From NCBI GenBank assembly GCA_963846335.1, contig CAWJVS010000016.1, positions 128,746 to 192,745 on the forward strand: a DNA stretch of 64,000 bases, in the 5' to 3' direction. This document shows, in pieces, positions 48,446 to 57,616 of this stretch. A program made the translations under genes and the position numbers. The notes beneath the pieces are model-generated. The model had not been told where the DNA came from. It saw only the letters and a list, made by a program, of their open reading frames with translations, and did no database searches. Source of the stretch: an uncultured Bacteroidales bacterium (lineage in GTDB: Bacteria > Bacteroidota > Bacteroidia > Bacteroidales > VadinHA17). Within the stretch, counting starts at the first letter, position 1, and every line of letters begins with the position of its first letter.

Positions 48446-49371
48446 ATGAATATTTTCCGAAGCTTTGAAGAAGCAAAGAATATCAGGAATCCTGTAGTAA
48501 CCACCGGTTCATTCGACGGGGTTCATATCGGTCATAAGACCATTCTTGACCGCCTTAAGATCCTGGCTGAGAAGTACAGCGGAGAGTCAGTGCTGATCAC
48601 TTTTGATCCTCATCCAAGAAAAGTACTTTATCCGGAGTCAGCCGGCAAAGATCTTAAACTAATTAATTCTCAGGAGGAAAAGCTTAAGCTTCTTGAAAAA
48701 GCAGGTTTGAACAATGTCATTATAATGGAATTCACCAGGGAATTTTCAAAGATTACAAGTGAAGAGTTTGTGCAGGGATATCCTGCATGGAATACTTCAT
48801 GCCAGAGTGGTTGTAGCCGGTTTCAACCATCATTTTGGTTTCAACAAGGAGGGAGATTACAAACAGCTCTGGGGATGGCAGGAGAAATATAATTTTGAGG
48901 CGGAAGAGATACCTGAACAGGAGGTTCAGCATGAAACTGTCAGTTCAACAAAAATCCGCAAGGCAATAAGTGAGGGATATATTCAGAGGGCAAATGCCTA
49001 CCTTGATCATTATTATATTATTATGGGTAACTGCTGAAAAGTATCATTGTTTCTGATAGTGAAACTCTTCCTGGTTTCCTGAAGAATTTCTACTGACGGA
49101 AGAATGTAAGCTTCTTCCGTCACCAGGAATTTATGCAGTTTCAGTGGAAGCAGGGTCCGGCTATTCAAAAGGCATGGTTGTAATCAACCATGGAGCTGAC
49201 AATCATTTCTGATGTCCTCATCAGATATTTGATAACCTGAACCTTCCACCTGACCAGAAAATTTGCAGCTTTTTTCATAAGAAAATCCATGGAGCAGTCA
49301 ATCTTTCCGACAGTAATTCAATCCGGAAGATCGACCAGGCAAAAGAGGAGATACTTGATCTTATTTACTAG
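48446..49371 (+). pseudogene. ribF: Bifunctional riboflavin kinase/FMN adenylyltransferase, at least three frameshifts as assembled; kinase half is poorly conserved
   Basis: N-terminus VVTTGSFDGVHIGHKTIL...VLITFDPHPRKV. Second frame VVAGFNHHFGFNKEGDY...VSSTKIRKAISEGYIQRANAYLDHYYIIMG. Downstream fragments KLLPSPGIYAVSVEAGSGYSKGMVV and HQIFDN...FFHKKIHGAVNLSDSNSIRKIDQAKEEILDLIY*. Confidence 0.65.
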
Positions 49372-49400
49372 GATATTTCATGGTAGATGACTAAAGTTTG

Positions 49401-49408
49401 TATCTTTG
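49401..49408 (+). promoter_or_regulatory. Candidate -7 box TATCTTTG upstream of hydG
   Basis: Matches the Bacteroidota TAnnTTTG consensus. It lies 205 nt upstream of the hydG ATG, with the GC-rich palindromic element in between. Confidence 0.25.
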
Positions 49409-49475
49409 CAGCCTGAGTGCTGAATCTGATTTTGAACATTTATTAACTCAGCCAGTTGTCATTTTGCCTCACCCC

Positions 49476-49570
49476 AACCCCTCTCCCCGGGGAGAGGGGC
49501 AAAACCCGTATCATCGCTTACCCCTTCTCCCCCGGGAGAAGGGGGCAGGGGGATGAGGCGGATTGAAAGC
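49476..49570. repeat. GC-rich double-palindrome element in the hydG leader region
   Basis: Perfect 22-bp palindrome CCCCTCTCCCCGGGGAGAGGGG (49488..49509). Second palindrome CCCCTTCTCCC-CC-GGGAGAAGGGG (49531..49554). Outer arms GCCTCACCCC / GGGGATGAGGC. Confidence 0.85.
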
Positions 49571-49613
49571 GGGGTAAAGATGGAACTTTTTAATAACTAC
49601 TATAATTCAATTC

Positions 49614-51038
49614 ATGAAGTTTTCTCCTGAAAAACTAAGTATTCCTGATCAACGAATGAAGCCATTCATTGATCCTGAAGAGATATGGAATCTTATTAAC
49701 AATACCAAACCGGATAAACATAGAGTCAGGGATGTAATTGCAAAATCACTTGAAAAGCAAAGACTTACACTTGAAGAAACTGCGGTCCTTGTAAATTCAG
49801 TCGGAACCGACCTGGCTGACGAGATAAAAGACGGGGCCCGCGAGCTGAAACAGAAAGTTTATGGAAACCGGATAGTTCTTTTTGCTCCTCTCTATGTTGG
49901 AAACAGGTGTACCAATAATTGCAAATATTGCGGTTTCAGGGCATCAAATGCCGATGCAATAAGAAAAACTCTTGATGATAATGAAATTATCAGGGAGGTT
50001 GAAGCTCTGGAGGATAACGGACAGAAGAGGCTTATCCTTGTCTATGGTGAGCATCCCGACTATTCACCTGAATATATTGCTCATACGGTAAAGCTTGTTT
50101 ACGGGGTAAAGAAGGGACATGGTGAGATACGAAGAGTAAATATAAATGCTGCTCCGCTTGATATTGAAGGTTTCAGAAAAGTCGGAGAATCAGGTATAGG
50201 TACTTACCAGATATTTCAGGAGACTTATCATCCTGAAGCATATAAATGGTATCATCTTGGAGGTAAAAAGAGAGATTATGAATGGCGCCTTACATCACTC
50301 GACAGGGCACAGGAGGCCGGTATTGATGATGTTGGTATCGGAGCTCTGTTCGGCCTTTACGACTGGAGGTTTGAGGTGCTCGGACTGGTCCGTCATACTA
50401 ACCATCTTGAGGCCTGCTATAATGTTGGTCCGCATACTATTTCCTTTCCGCGCATAAAGGATGCACTGAGCCTGAACCTTGACAAGAAATATGAGACCAG
50501 TGATGACGATTTTAAAAAGCTGGTTGCCATACTAAGACTTGCTGTTCCATATACCGGATTGATACTTACTGCACGGGAGGCTCCTGAAGTCAGAAGGGAA
50601 GTGCTTCAGTACGGTGTATCACAGATTGATGGAGGTACAAAACTTGAGCTGGGTTCATATTCAGATTCGAGGAATGAGGAACAGAACCTGAACCGGGAAC
50701 AGTTTAAAATAAATGATGCCAGATCCCTTGCAGAAGTTATTGATGAACTGCTTACAAATGATTACCTTCCTTCATTCTGCACATCATGTTACAGAATGGG
50801 GCGTACAGGTGAACATTTTATGGAATTTTCAGTGCCCGGGTTTATAAAGAGGTTCTGTACTCCCAATGCAATACTCACTCTTTCAGAATATATATGTGAT
50901 TATGCCCAGGGAGAAACAGTTGAGAAAGGCTGGAAAGTAATTGAAAAAAATATTGAAAAACTGGAATCATCAGTAGCAGCCGGCACCAGGGAGAAAATTG
51001 ACAGAATCAGGGCAGGGGAGAGGGATCTGTATTTTTAA
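49614..51038 (+). CDS. hydG: [FeFe]-hydrogenase H-cluster radical SAM maturase HydG (tyrosine lyase)
   Basis: CTNNCKYCGF radical SAM motif and the C-terminal auxiliary-cluster motif CTSCYRMGRTGEHFMEFSVPGFIKRFC (Cx2Cx22C). 474 aa. Confidence 0.9.
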   Translation: MKFSPEKLSIPDQRMKPFIDPEEIWNLINNTKPDKHRVRDVIAKSLEKQRLTLEETAVLVNSVGTDLADEIKDGARELKQKVYGNRIVLFAPLYVGNRCTNNCKYCGFRASNADAIRKTLDDNEIIREVEALEDNGQKRLILVYGEHPDYSPEYIAHTVKLVYGVKKGHGEIRRVNINAAPLDIEGFRKVGESGIGTYQIFQETYHPEAYKWYHLGGKKRDYEWRLTSLDRAQEAGIDDVGIGALFGLYDWRFEVLGLVRHTNHLEACYNVGPHTISFPRIKDALSLNLDKKYETSDDDFKKLVAILRLAVPYTGLILTAREAPEVRREVLQYGVSQIDGGTKLELGSYSDSRNEEQNLNREQFKINDARSLAEVIDELLTNDYLPSFCTSCYRMGRTGEHFMEFSVPGFIKRFCTPNAILTLSEYICDYAQGETVEKGWKVIEKNIEKLESSVAAGTREKIDRIRAGERDLYF

Positions 51039-51065
51039 GATGAAGGGGAGAAAAGGGGAAAGGGA

Positions 51066-51278
51066 GACTAAGGGACTGAGTGACTGAGTGACTGAGTGAC
51101 TTTAGAGATGCAAGACAGTGTAACTCTCCCTCTGGCGCTGTCCCGATAGCAATCGGGATGTAATCGGTGCCCATTCCCGGCAAGGATTGCAAATCCGTGG
51201 CAGCTACAGTACCAAAGCAGTGTTACTCCCTGCCTGCCGGCAGGCAGGCGTGAACAACTCAGTGTAACTCAGTGTTAA
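51066..51278. repeat. Composite word-like repeat region: (GACTGAGT)x3.5, several short hairpins, 20-bp perfect palindrome, ACTCAGTGTAACTCAGTGTTAA end
   Basis: GACTGAGTGACTGAGTGACTGAGTGAC at 51074..51100. Hairpins TCCCGATAGCAATCGGGA (51141..51158) and GGATTGCAAATCC (51184..51196). Palindrome CCTGCCTGCCGGCAGGCAGG (51229..51248). The right end is inverted relative to the left-end words. Confidence 0.8.
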
Positions 51279-51323
51279 AAAAAGTATCTGTTAAAAGAAA
51301 GTATCTGTTAAAAGAAAGTATCT
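51274..51323 (+). promoter_or_regulatory. Three direct repeats of GTTAAAAGAAAGTATCT (16/17/17 bp) 30 nt upstream of the TM1266-like gene
   Basis: Read directly: GTTAAAAAAAGTATCT GTTAAAAGAAAGTATCT GTTAAAAGAAAGTATCT. Confidence 0.5.
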
Positions 51324-51353
51324 GACATTAACTACTGAACAAAAAAAGATCCA

Positions 51354-51878
51354 ATGATAAAAGTTCTCGGAATAAAAATAATCGACAGGATAAAGGAAGC
51401 AGGTCTTACCCAGGGGATTTTATCGAGGCATGCAAATGTCATCACAACCCGGCTTGGGTTCCACGAAGTTACTGATGAAGTCTGCAGCCGTGAGGCTTAT
51501 ATTATACTTCATCTGAATGGCGATCCTGCTGATTCTGAAAAACTCAGTAGTGAACTTGAAGAGCTTGGCGGGGTTGAGATTAGGGAAATGACTTTTAATA
51601 CTGAGAAGGAATTACTCAACTCTGAATCAGAAATGACTTCTGTCGAAATTCTCGGCATCATGGTTGAAAGGAATCAGGAGGTAATCGGTGCAGTTCAGAA
51701 AATTCTTACGGCTTATGGCTGTAATATCCGCACACGCCTGGGAGTCAATGAGGTATTCTTCGGAGAACCTGCAGGCCTGATCATCCTGGAGTTAAAGGGC
51801 GACTCCAGGCAAAGGCTGTTGCTCGAAAAGGATCTCAAGTCACTCAACCAGGTTCATGTCAGGACCATGGTTTTCTAA
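51354..51878 (+). CDS. Tandem-duplicated TM1266-like (ACT/NikR-C-like) putative iron-only hydrogenase system regulator
   Basis: Two internally similar halves of about 80 aa (IKVLGIKIIDR...RLGFHEV...IILHLNGD...GVEIREMTF and VEILGIMVERN...RLGVNEV...IILELKGD...VHVRTMVF). It lies next to hydG. The family assignment is from memory of the single-domain TM1266 family. Confidence 0.6.
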   Translation: MIKVLGIKIIDRIKEAGLTQGILSRHANVITTRLGFHEVTDEVCSREAYIILHLNGDPADSEKLSSELEELGGVEIREMTFNTEKELLNSESEMTSVEILGIMVERNQEVIGAVQKILTAYGCNIRTRLGVNEVFFGEPAGLIILELKGDSRQRLLLEKDLKSLNQVHVRTMVF

Positions 51879-51887
51879 TTAATATAA

Positions 51888-51970
51888 GTTGCTGGGTGCT
51901 GGGTGCTGGCTCATTTAATCTCCAACCGAGCACCCACCGCACCAAGCACCAAGCACCAGCCAGCACCCGG
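51888..51970. terminator. Imperfect inverted repeat of GCTGGGTGCTGG-type words between convergent genes
   Basis: GCTGGGTGCTGGGTGCTGGC ... GCACCAAGCACCAGCCAGCACCC. It uses the same word family as the 7407..7553 microsatellite and lies between the ends of the TM1266-like and lyase genes. Confidence 0.4.
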
Positions 51971-53437
51971 CTAAAGGCTATCCCCGAAATCTGCCCTGAA
52001 TTTTGCCATTAGTTTTTCCGGCCATGGACTTGTTGCATCGAGTCGTCCTGTGAAAAACCTGAGTACGGGAGGCTCTTCAACAAACCTTAGGCCTCCTACA
52101 AGATCCTTATTATGAAACAGCCAGTTCAGTCTGTCAATTAAATACTCAACCTGTGAAAGGGTAAATACCCGACGCGGGAATGCAAGCCTCATAAGCTCAA
52201 GCTCGGCGTATATATCATTTCCATTTTCATCACGTATGCTGCTGAGTGTTCCCCGTTCCATTCCGCGTATCCCCGATATTAAATAGAATGCAGCAACCAG
52301 AGCGCCTGCAGGATATTCGCTTTGTGGTATATGCGGTAAAAATGTCTGTGCTTCAACATGGCATCCAAGTGCTCCGCCTGGCATTATTACAGGTAATCCA
52401 AGCTTGTCGAGTTCCTGCACGGCATAGTCTATGAATGAAGGAGACTGTCCGACAACATCTTCCACCAGTGTTTCATATAAACCGACTGTCATTGCTTCGA
52501 TTTCACGGATCGAAATACCTCCATATGTAAGAAATCCTTCATAGAGTGGCACCAGGTCTTTCATTTTATTATAAAGATCCTTGTTATTTGTGCAGATTGC
52601 GCCTCCACGTGATGAACTTACCTTGCGTCCTGAAAAATAGACAATGTCCGACAGGTTGCACATCTCGTTCAGGATGGCTCCTATTGTTGAATCGGCATAT
52701 TCCTTTTCTCTTTTCTTTATGAAGTATGCATTTTCTCCGATAAGGCTGGCATCCATTACAATTATTATTTTGTGCTTGTCAGCCACTTTTCTCACTTCCT
52801 TAAGGTTTTCCATTGAGAATGGCTGTCCTCCGATCAGGTTGGTAGAGGCTTCCATTCTTATGAAAGGAACATTTCCAGCTCCGTTTTTAACTATCAGTTC
52901 TTCAAGTCTTGCAATGTCAATATTTCCCTTGAAAGGATTAGTACTCTTGATCATCATCGCTTCGGGAGTATAGAGTTCCACAACTGCCCCTCCGTTTAGC
53001 TGGATATGAGCCAGTGTTGTTGTAAAATGGTAGTTCATCGGGACGACAGATCCTTTTTTAACAAAGATCTGCGAGAGGATATTCTCAGCTGCCCGTCCCT
53101 GGTGAACAGGCAGTACCAGGTTCTTCCCGAAAACATCAGCAACACTCTTCTGAAATTTAACAAAGCTCTGCGAACCGGCGTAAGCATCATCAGCAACGAA
53201 CATTTTCGAAAGCTGTTCATCACTCATGGCATTGGTTCCGCTGTCTGTGAGCATATCCAGAAAAATATCCTTTGTTCCTAGTAGAAATGTATTGAATCCT
53301 GCCTCCCTTATTGCCTCAAGACGCCGTTCAACCGGTACGAGTTTGAGTGATTGAACAATACGTACCTTATGCATCTCAAGAGGTATCTCTTTTCCATTGA
53401 AAAATTTTACTGTTCCTGCTTTTTTAGTTTTTTCCAT
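51971..53437 (-). CDS. Divergent beta-eliminating lyase family protein (tryptophanase / tyrosine phenol-lyase-like, PLP-dependent)
   Basis: Colinear with TnaA/TPL: FLLGTKDIFLDMLTDSGTNAMSD, DDAYAGS, VHQGRAAEN, NYHFTTT, NLIGGQPFSM, ENAYFIKKRE, SGRK, YGGISIREIEAM, GIRGMERG, FPRRVFT, LRFFTGRL. The start is placed at MEKTKKAG (53437). The track start 53482 would run through the terminator hairpin. Confidence 0.8.
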   Translation of the reverse strand: MEKTKKAGTVKFFNGKEIPLEMHKVRIVQSLKLVPVERRLEAIREAGFNTFLLGTKDIFLDMLTDSGTNAMSDEQLSKMFVADDAYAGSQSFVKFQKSVADVFGKNLVLPVHQGRAAENILSQIFVKKGSVVPMNYHFTTTLAHIQLNGGAVVELYTPEAMMIKSTNPFKGNIDIARLEELIVKNGAGNVPFIRMEASTNLIGGQPFSMENLKEVRKVADKHKIIIVMDASLIGENAYFIKKREKEYADSTIGAILNEMCNLSDIVYFSGRKVSSSRGGAICTNNKDLYNKMKDLVPLYEGFLTYGGISIREIEAMTVGLYETLVEDVVGQSPSFIDYAVQELDKLGLPVIMPGGALGCHVEAQTFLPHIPQSEYPAGALVAAFYLISGIRGMERGTLSSIRDENGNDIYAELELMRLAFPRRVFTLSQVEYLIDRLNWLFHNKDLVGGLRFVEEPPVLRFFTGRLDATSPWPEKLMAKFRADFGDSL

Positions 53438-53463
53438 GATTCCTGTCAGTTGGTTTAAAATGT

Positions 53464-53497
53464 ATAAAAAAAAGCTTACCACCTGTTTGGTAAGCCT
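53464..53497 (-). terminator. Intrinsic terminator/attenuator hairpin 27 nt upstream of the lyase start codon
   Basis: Minus strand reads (G)GCTTACC-AAACAGGT-GGTAAGC followed by TTTTTTTT. Confidence 0.6.
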
Positions 53498-53545
53498 CGT
53501 ATTTTGTACTTTGTTGTCAGCATCAAATTATCCAGGACTTACATT

Positions 53546-53602
53546 TCATCCTGAATAACAGAAATGGTAATAAATACCAATATTTAATTTTAATATACCC
53601 AT
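53546..53602 (-). CDS. Candidate 18-codon leader peptide MGILKLNIGIYYHFCYSG
   Basis: ATG at 53602 and TGA at 53548..53546, with three Tyr, one Phe and one His in the last 8 codons. It lies between a promoter-like element and the terminator hairpin. GTAAGTC (53542..53536) can pair with the 5-prime terminator arm GGCTTAC (53496..53490). Confidence 0.35.
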   Translation of the reverse strand: MGILKLNIGIYYHFCYSG

Positions 53603-53619
53603 TGGTTAACGTCTGCCTT

Positions 53620-53650
53620 CAAACCTAGCTTTTTTTTATTGATTTTCAAA
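53620..53650 (-). promoter_or_regulatory. Candidate Bacteroidota promoter TTTG-N19-TAGGTTTG for the leader/lyase transcript
   Basis: Plus-strand CAAACCTA (53620..53627) equals TAGGTTTG on the minus strand. CAAA at 53647..53650 equals TTTG, and the spacing is 19 nt. Confidence 0.35.
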
Positions 53651-53683
53651 CAAAGACAGTGAAAAAAATTAAAATTGTCTTTT

Positions 53684-54784
53684 TCATTTTTTGGGTAAGC
53701 GTGCTCTCCTGTCACTGTAATGCTTTGAATCGCCCCATTCACCATACACTACTTCAGCATCAGCAAGGCTTACCCTGGCTTCCAGGCAGCTCTGGCAATC
53801 CTCCGCAGAATCGTCTGTACAGGGTTTGTTATCATATAGTTTATAGCTGTCACGGTATTTTCCGGGAGTAATATTCGGCATCAGGATATTTGCGCCTATT
53901 CTGACAGCTTTTTCCCTGCCCAGCGGATCAATGGCCTGAAGGGCTGTTGCAGCAACGATATTGATATCTTTCATCATTATCCTGATTATTGCGATCATTT
54001 TAAGAGTGAGATCAAATCTCTCATTCAAGGGCATAAGGTTACCCTCATGGCTTATCAGAGGTGTATCTGCATGTTCAATATATGGACCCATACCGCACAT
54101 ATCAATGTCAAATTCCTTCATAAAAAGGAGGTCACCCGCCAGGTCATCCATGGTCTGAAAAGGCAGTCCTATCATTACTCCGGTACCAGTCTGATAGCCT
54201 ATTTCCTGCAGGCTTTTCAGACATTCGAGTCTTCGGTTGAAGCTGTGTTTTGAATCTGCAGGATGTATCTTCCCGTACAGATCCGGATTTGTTGCTTCAA
54301 CACGCAGCAGGTACCGGTGTGCACCTGCCTCAAACCATCTTCTGTAGACCTCCGGATCCTGTTCGCCGACCGACAGTGTTACTCCCAGTTCCCCGTTTGA
54401 CATCTCCCTGATCATGCGGAGAAGGTTCTCTATCCTGCCGGTTGCAATATTGCTTTCAAGCTCTCCTGATTGCAGTGCTATTGAGCCATACCTGTTCGTA
54501 TATGCAAATTTTGCAGCAGCAAGAATTTCATCATCGTCCAGGTTGTACCTCACCAGGTTTTTATTGCCCTTCCTGATGCCGCAATAAAGGCAATCTTTTC
54601 CGCAGACATTTGAAAACTCGATTAATCCCCTGAACCATACTTTGTTACCTATAAATTTCTCTTTTGTATCAGCAGATTTTTTAAAGAGAAGTGTCCGGTC
54701 CTCTCCTTCACAAGTCAGAAGCTCAATGATATCAGCCCGTGATAATTCGTCCTTATTCAGAATATCTTTAACTGTACTCTCCAT
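53684..54784 (-). CDS. hydE: [FeFe]-hydrogenase H-cluster radical SAM maturase HydE
   Basis: CGKDCLYCGIRKGN radical SAM motif in a biotin-synthase-like fold. 366 aa, located in the hyd maturation neighbourhood. Confidence 0.85.
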   Translation of the reverse strand: MESTVKDILNKDELSRADIIELLTCEGEDRTLLFKKSADTKEKFIGNKVWFRGLIEFSNVCGKDCLYCGIRKGNKNLVRYNLDDDEILAAAKFAYTNRYGSIALQSGELESNIATGRIENLLRMIREMSNGELGVTLSVGEQDPEVYRRWFEAGAHRYLLRVEATNPDLYGKIHPADSKHSFNRRLECLKSLQEIGYQTGTGVMIGLPFQTMDDLAGDLLFMKEFDIDMCGMGPYIEHADTPLISHEGNLMPLNERFDLTLKMIAIIRIMMKDINIVAATALQAIDPLGREKAVRIGANILMPNITPGKYRDSYKLYDNKPCTDDSAEDCQSCLEARVSLADAEVVYGEWGDSKHYSDRRARLPKK

Positions 54785-54960
54785 TCATGTTTTGTTGGCA
54801 TGTAAAGATAATAAAAGGGGTATCTCTTTCCACATCACCTGTCAGAAGTCATGTTTTGTGCTTTATATTTTTATTATCTTGCTGATACAAATAAGGACCA
54901 TCTGCAGTTTTTAAGTTGTTATATATCACTGAGTTCATTGCTGCACAGTTACTGTATATC

Positions 54961-57018
54961 ATGATAAATGAAAAGCTGATAAATCCGGAAAGCATAGTTG
55001 TAGTCGGAGGATCGGATGATCTGTTAAAACCGGGAGGTAAAGTTCTGAAAAACATTATCGACGGAAATTTTCAGGGTGATCTTTATGTCGTAAATCCAAA
55101 ACAGGATCATGTTCAGGGAGTAAAATCATATAAGGACATTCATGATATTCCTCAGGTTGATCTTGCAATACTGGCTATTCAGGCTAAATTATGTCTGACG
55201 GCAGTTGAAGTCCTTTTACACGAGAAAAATACAAGGGCATTTATTATTATCTCAGCAGGTTTCAGTGAATCAGGGGAGGAAGGCAAAAAGCTTGAAAAGG
55301 AGATATCAGATATGATTGGCAAGGCTGGAGGGTGTCTGATCGGACCTAATTGCATTGGAGTTATAACACAGGACATACAGCGGTGTATTTACATCACCTG
55401 TCCCAAAACTTGATGAACGGGGATGTGATTTTGTTTCGGGATCAGGGGCAACTGCAGTCTTTATTTTTGAATCTGCAATGCCAAAGGGGCTTAATTTTTC
55501 AAGTGTCTATTCAGTTGGAAACAGTGCCCAGACAGGTGTTGAGGAGGTTCTCGAGTACTGGGATAATACCTTTGATCCGTCAGTAAGTTCACCGATAAAG
55601 CTTATTTATGTTGAGAGTATCCGTAATCCTGATAAACTGTTGCATCATGCATCCTCTCTTATAAGGAAGGGATGCAGGATTGCAGCAATAAAAGCCGGAA
55701 CTACTGAGGCCGGAAGCAGAGCTGCCTCTTCTCATACCGGTGCAATGGCATCATCCGACCTGGCGGTGGAAGCGCTATTCCGAAAAGCCGGAATTGTAAG
55801 GTGTTCCGGTCGTGAGGAGCTCACTACAGTGGCATCTGTCTTTTTTCATAAACAGCTGAAAGGGAAAAATATAGCAATCATAACTCATGCAGGCGGACCT
55901 GCAGTGATGCTTACCGATGCGCTCTCTGCAGGGGGGATGAATATTCCCAGGATTACCGGCGCTCATCACGATAGATTGCTTTCGATGATGAATCCCGGAG
56001 CATCGGCTGATAATCCGATCGACCTGATTGCCACGGCTACAAATGATCAGCTTGATAAGGTAATAGAATATGTTGACAAGGAACTTCCTCTTATTGATGG
56101 TATGAGTGTTATTTTCGGCAATAACGGGCTGAATGACATGATGAGATTTATGATCTTCTGCATAAGAAGATCACGGAGTGCAATAAGCCTCTTTATCCTA
56201 TACTTCCTTCAATAACAAGCTCATCAAAAGAGCTGGAGAATTTTCTCAACAAGGGACATGTTAATTTCCCTGATGAAGTTGTTCTTGGAAGGGCACTTAC
56301 AAAAATTTTCAATACTCCTTCTCCTGCCGAGGAAAAGATCTTTCTCGAGAATGTAGATGTGTCGCGTGTAAGGCAGATAATTGAAAATGCTCCTGATGGT
56401 TATCTGGAACCTGCAGTTATTCAGCAGCTTCTTGATGCAGCAAATATCCCTGTGGTGAAGGAAGATGTAGTGGCATCCAAGAGAGACCTCCTGTCGGTGG
56501 CAAAAAAGACAGGATATCCTCTGGCCTTAAAGGTTGTAGGACCTGTTCATAAATCGGATGTAGGAGGTGTTACCCTGAATATAAAATCGGAAAAACATCT
56601 TGAAGCTGAGTTCAACAGGATGATGAAGATTAAAGGTGTTAAAGCTGTTCTTGTACAGCAAATGCTGTCAGGTACGGAGCTTTTTATCGGTGCAAAATAT
56701 GAACCAAGATTCGGACATGTTATCCTTTGCGGACTTGGAGGAATATTTGTGGAAGTACTGGGAGATGTGTCATCAGGACTTGCACCTCTCACTTTCAATG
56801 AAGCAGAATCGATGATCAGGAGCATTAAAAGTTACAGGATTATTACTGGAACCAGAGGCAGACCAGGAATTAATGAGGCTAAATTTGCTGAAATAATTGT
56901 CAGGCTTTCCAGCTTGCTGCGGTATGCAACTGAAATAAAGGAGATGGATCTTAATCCGTTAATCGGAAGTCCGGAAGGCATAACAGTGGTTGATGCAAGG
57001 ATAAGAATTGAAAAATGA
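54961..57018 (+). pseudogene. ADP-forming acyl-/acetyl-CoA synthetase (fused CoA-binding, CoA-ligase and ATP-grasp domains), two frameshifts (about 55370 and 56145) as assembled
   Basis: PESIVVVGGSDD...GPNCIGVIT, then TYSGVFTSPVPKLDERGCDFVSGSGATAV..., then EIYDLLHKKITECNKPLYPILPS... and the ATP-grasp LALKVVGPVHKSDVGGV...EMDLNPL. Confidence 0.8.
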
Positions 57019-57128
57019 TCTGAACAAATATTATTTGATATAAAATTTTAATTTTATACTTGTCATTCTGAGCGAAGAGAAGAATCTCATACTTTTAACC
57101 AGACAATAATATAAAAAAATATAAAGTC

Positions 57129-57554
57129 ATGATTATTCATCAGTTATCAGTTTTTCTTGAAAACAAGTCGGGACGGATTACCGAAGTTCTTGAGGTTCTT
57201 GGTGAGGAGAATATAAGGATAACTGCATTAAGTGTTGCCGATACTGCCGAATTTGGAATTTTACGGCTTATTGTTTCTGATCCTGAAAAAGCAAGAGAGC
57301 TCCTTAAAAAGAACAATTTCACTGTAAACCTTACAGAAGTCATTTCTGTTATGGCCCCAAATGAAGCCAAACATTATGCCAAAGTATTGAAGATCTTGTC
57401 TGACCTGGATATAAGTGTTGAATATACATATGCATTTTCAGTAGGAGATAAATCAATTATAATCTTACGTTGCAGCAATACAGATGAAGCCATAAAGGCA
57501 CTTAAAAGTCATGAAATGGAATTGCTCAGGGCAAGTGATTTGTACAAGATATAA
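57129..57554 (+). CDS. ACT domain-containing protein (tandem ACT)
   Basis: 141 aa, MIIHQLSVFLENKSGRITEVLEVLGEENIRITALSVADTAEFGILRLIV. This is the type usually encoded beside phenylacetate-CoA ligase genes. Confidence 0.75.
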   Translation: MIIHQLSVFLENKSGRITEVLEVLGEENIRITALSVADTAEFGILRLIVSDPEKARELLKKNNFTVNLTEVISVMAPNEAKHYAKVLKILSDLDISVEYTYAFSVGDKSIIILRCSNTDEAIKALKSHEMELLRASDLYKI

Positions 57555-57616
57555 AGTAATTCCTTCTGTCAGGATGAATTTCAGCTAATAGAATTTACCG
57601 GATTAATTTTTTTGAG

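Noticed and set aside
49442-49459. Third Rex-box candidate TTGAACATTTATTAACTC upstream of hydG
   Set aside because: Only about 9 of 14 consensus positions match, in AT-rich DNA. It is kept as a note under the Rex finding, not as a feature.
53438-53683. Known riboswitch class in the lyase leader
   Set aside because: I could not recognise conserved cores of any riboswitch family I know (TPP, SAM, glycine, lysine, purine, cobalamin, T-box). The small-ORF attenuator model fits the layout better, but it remains unproven.
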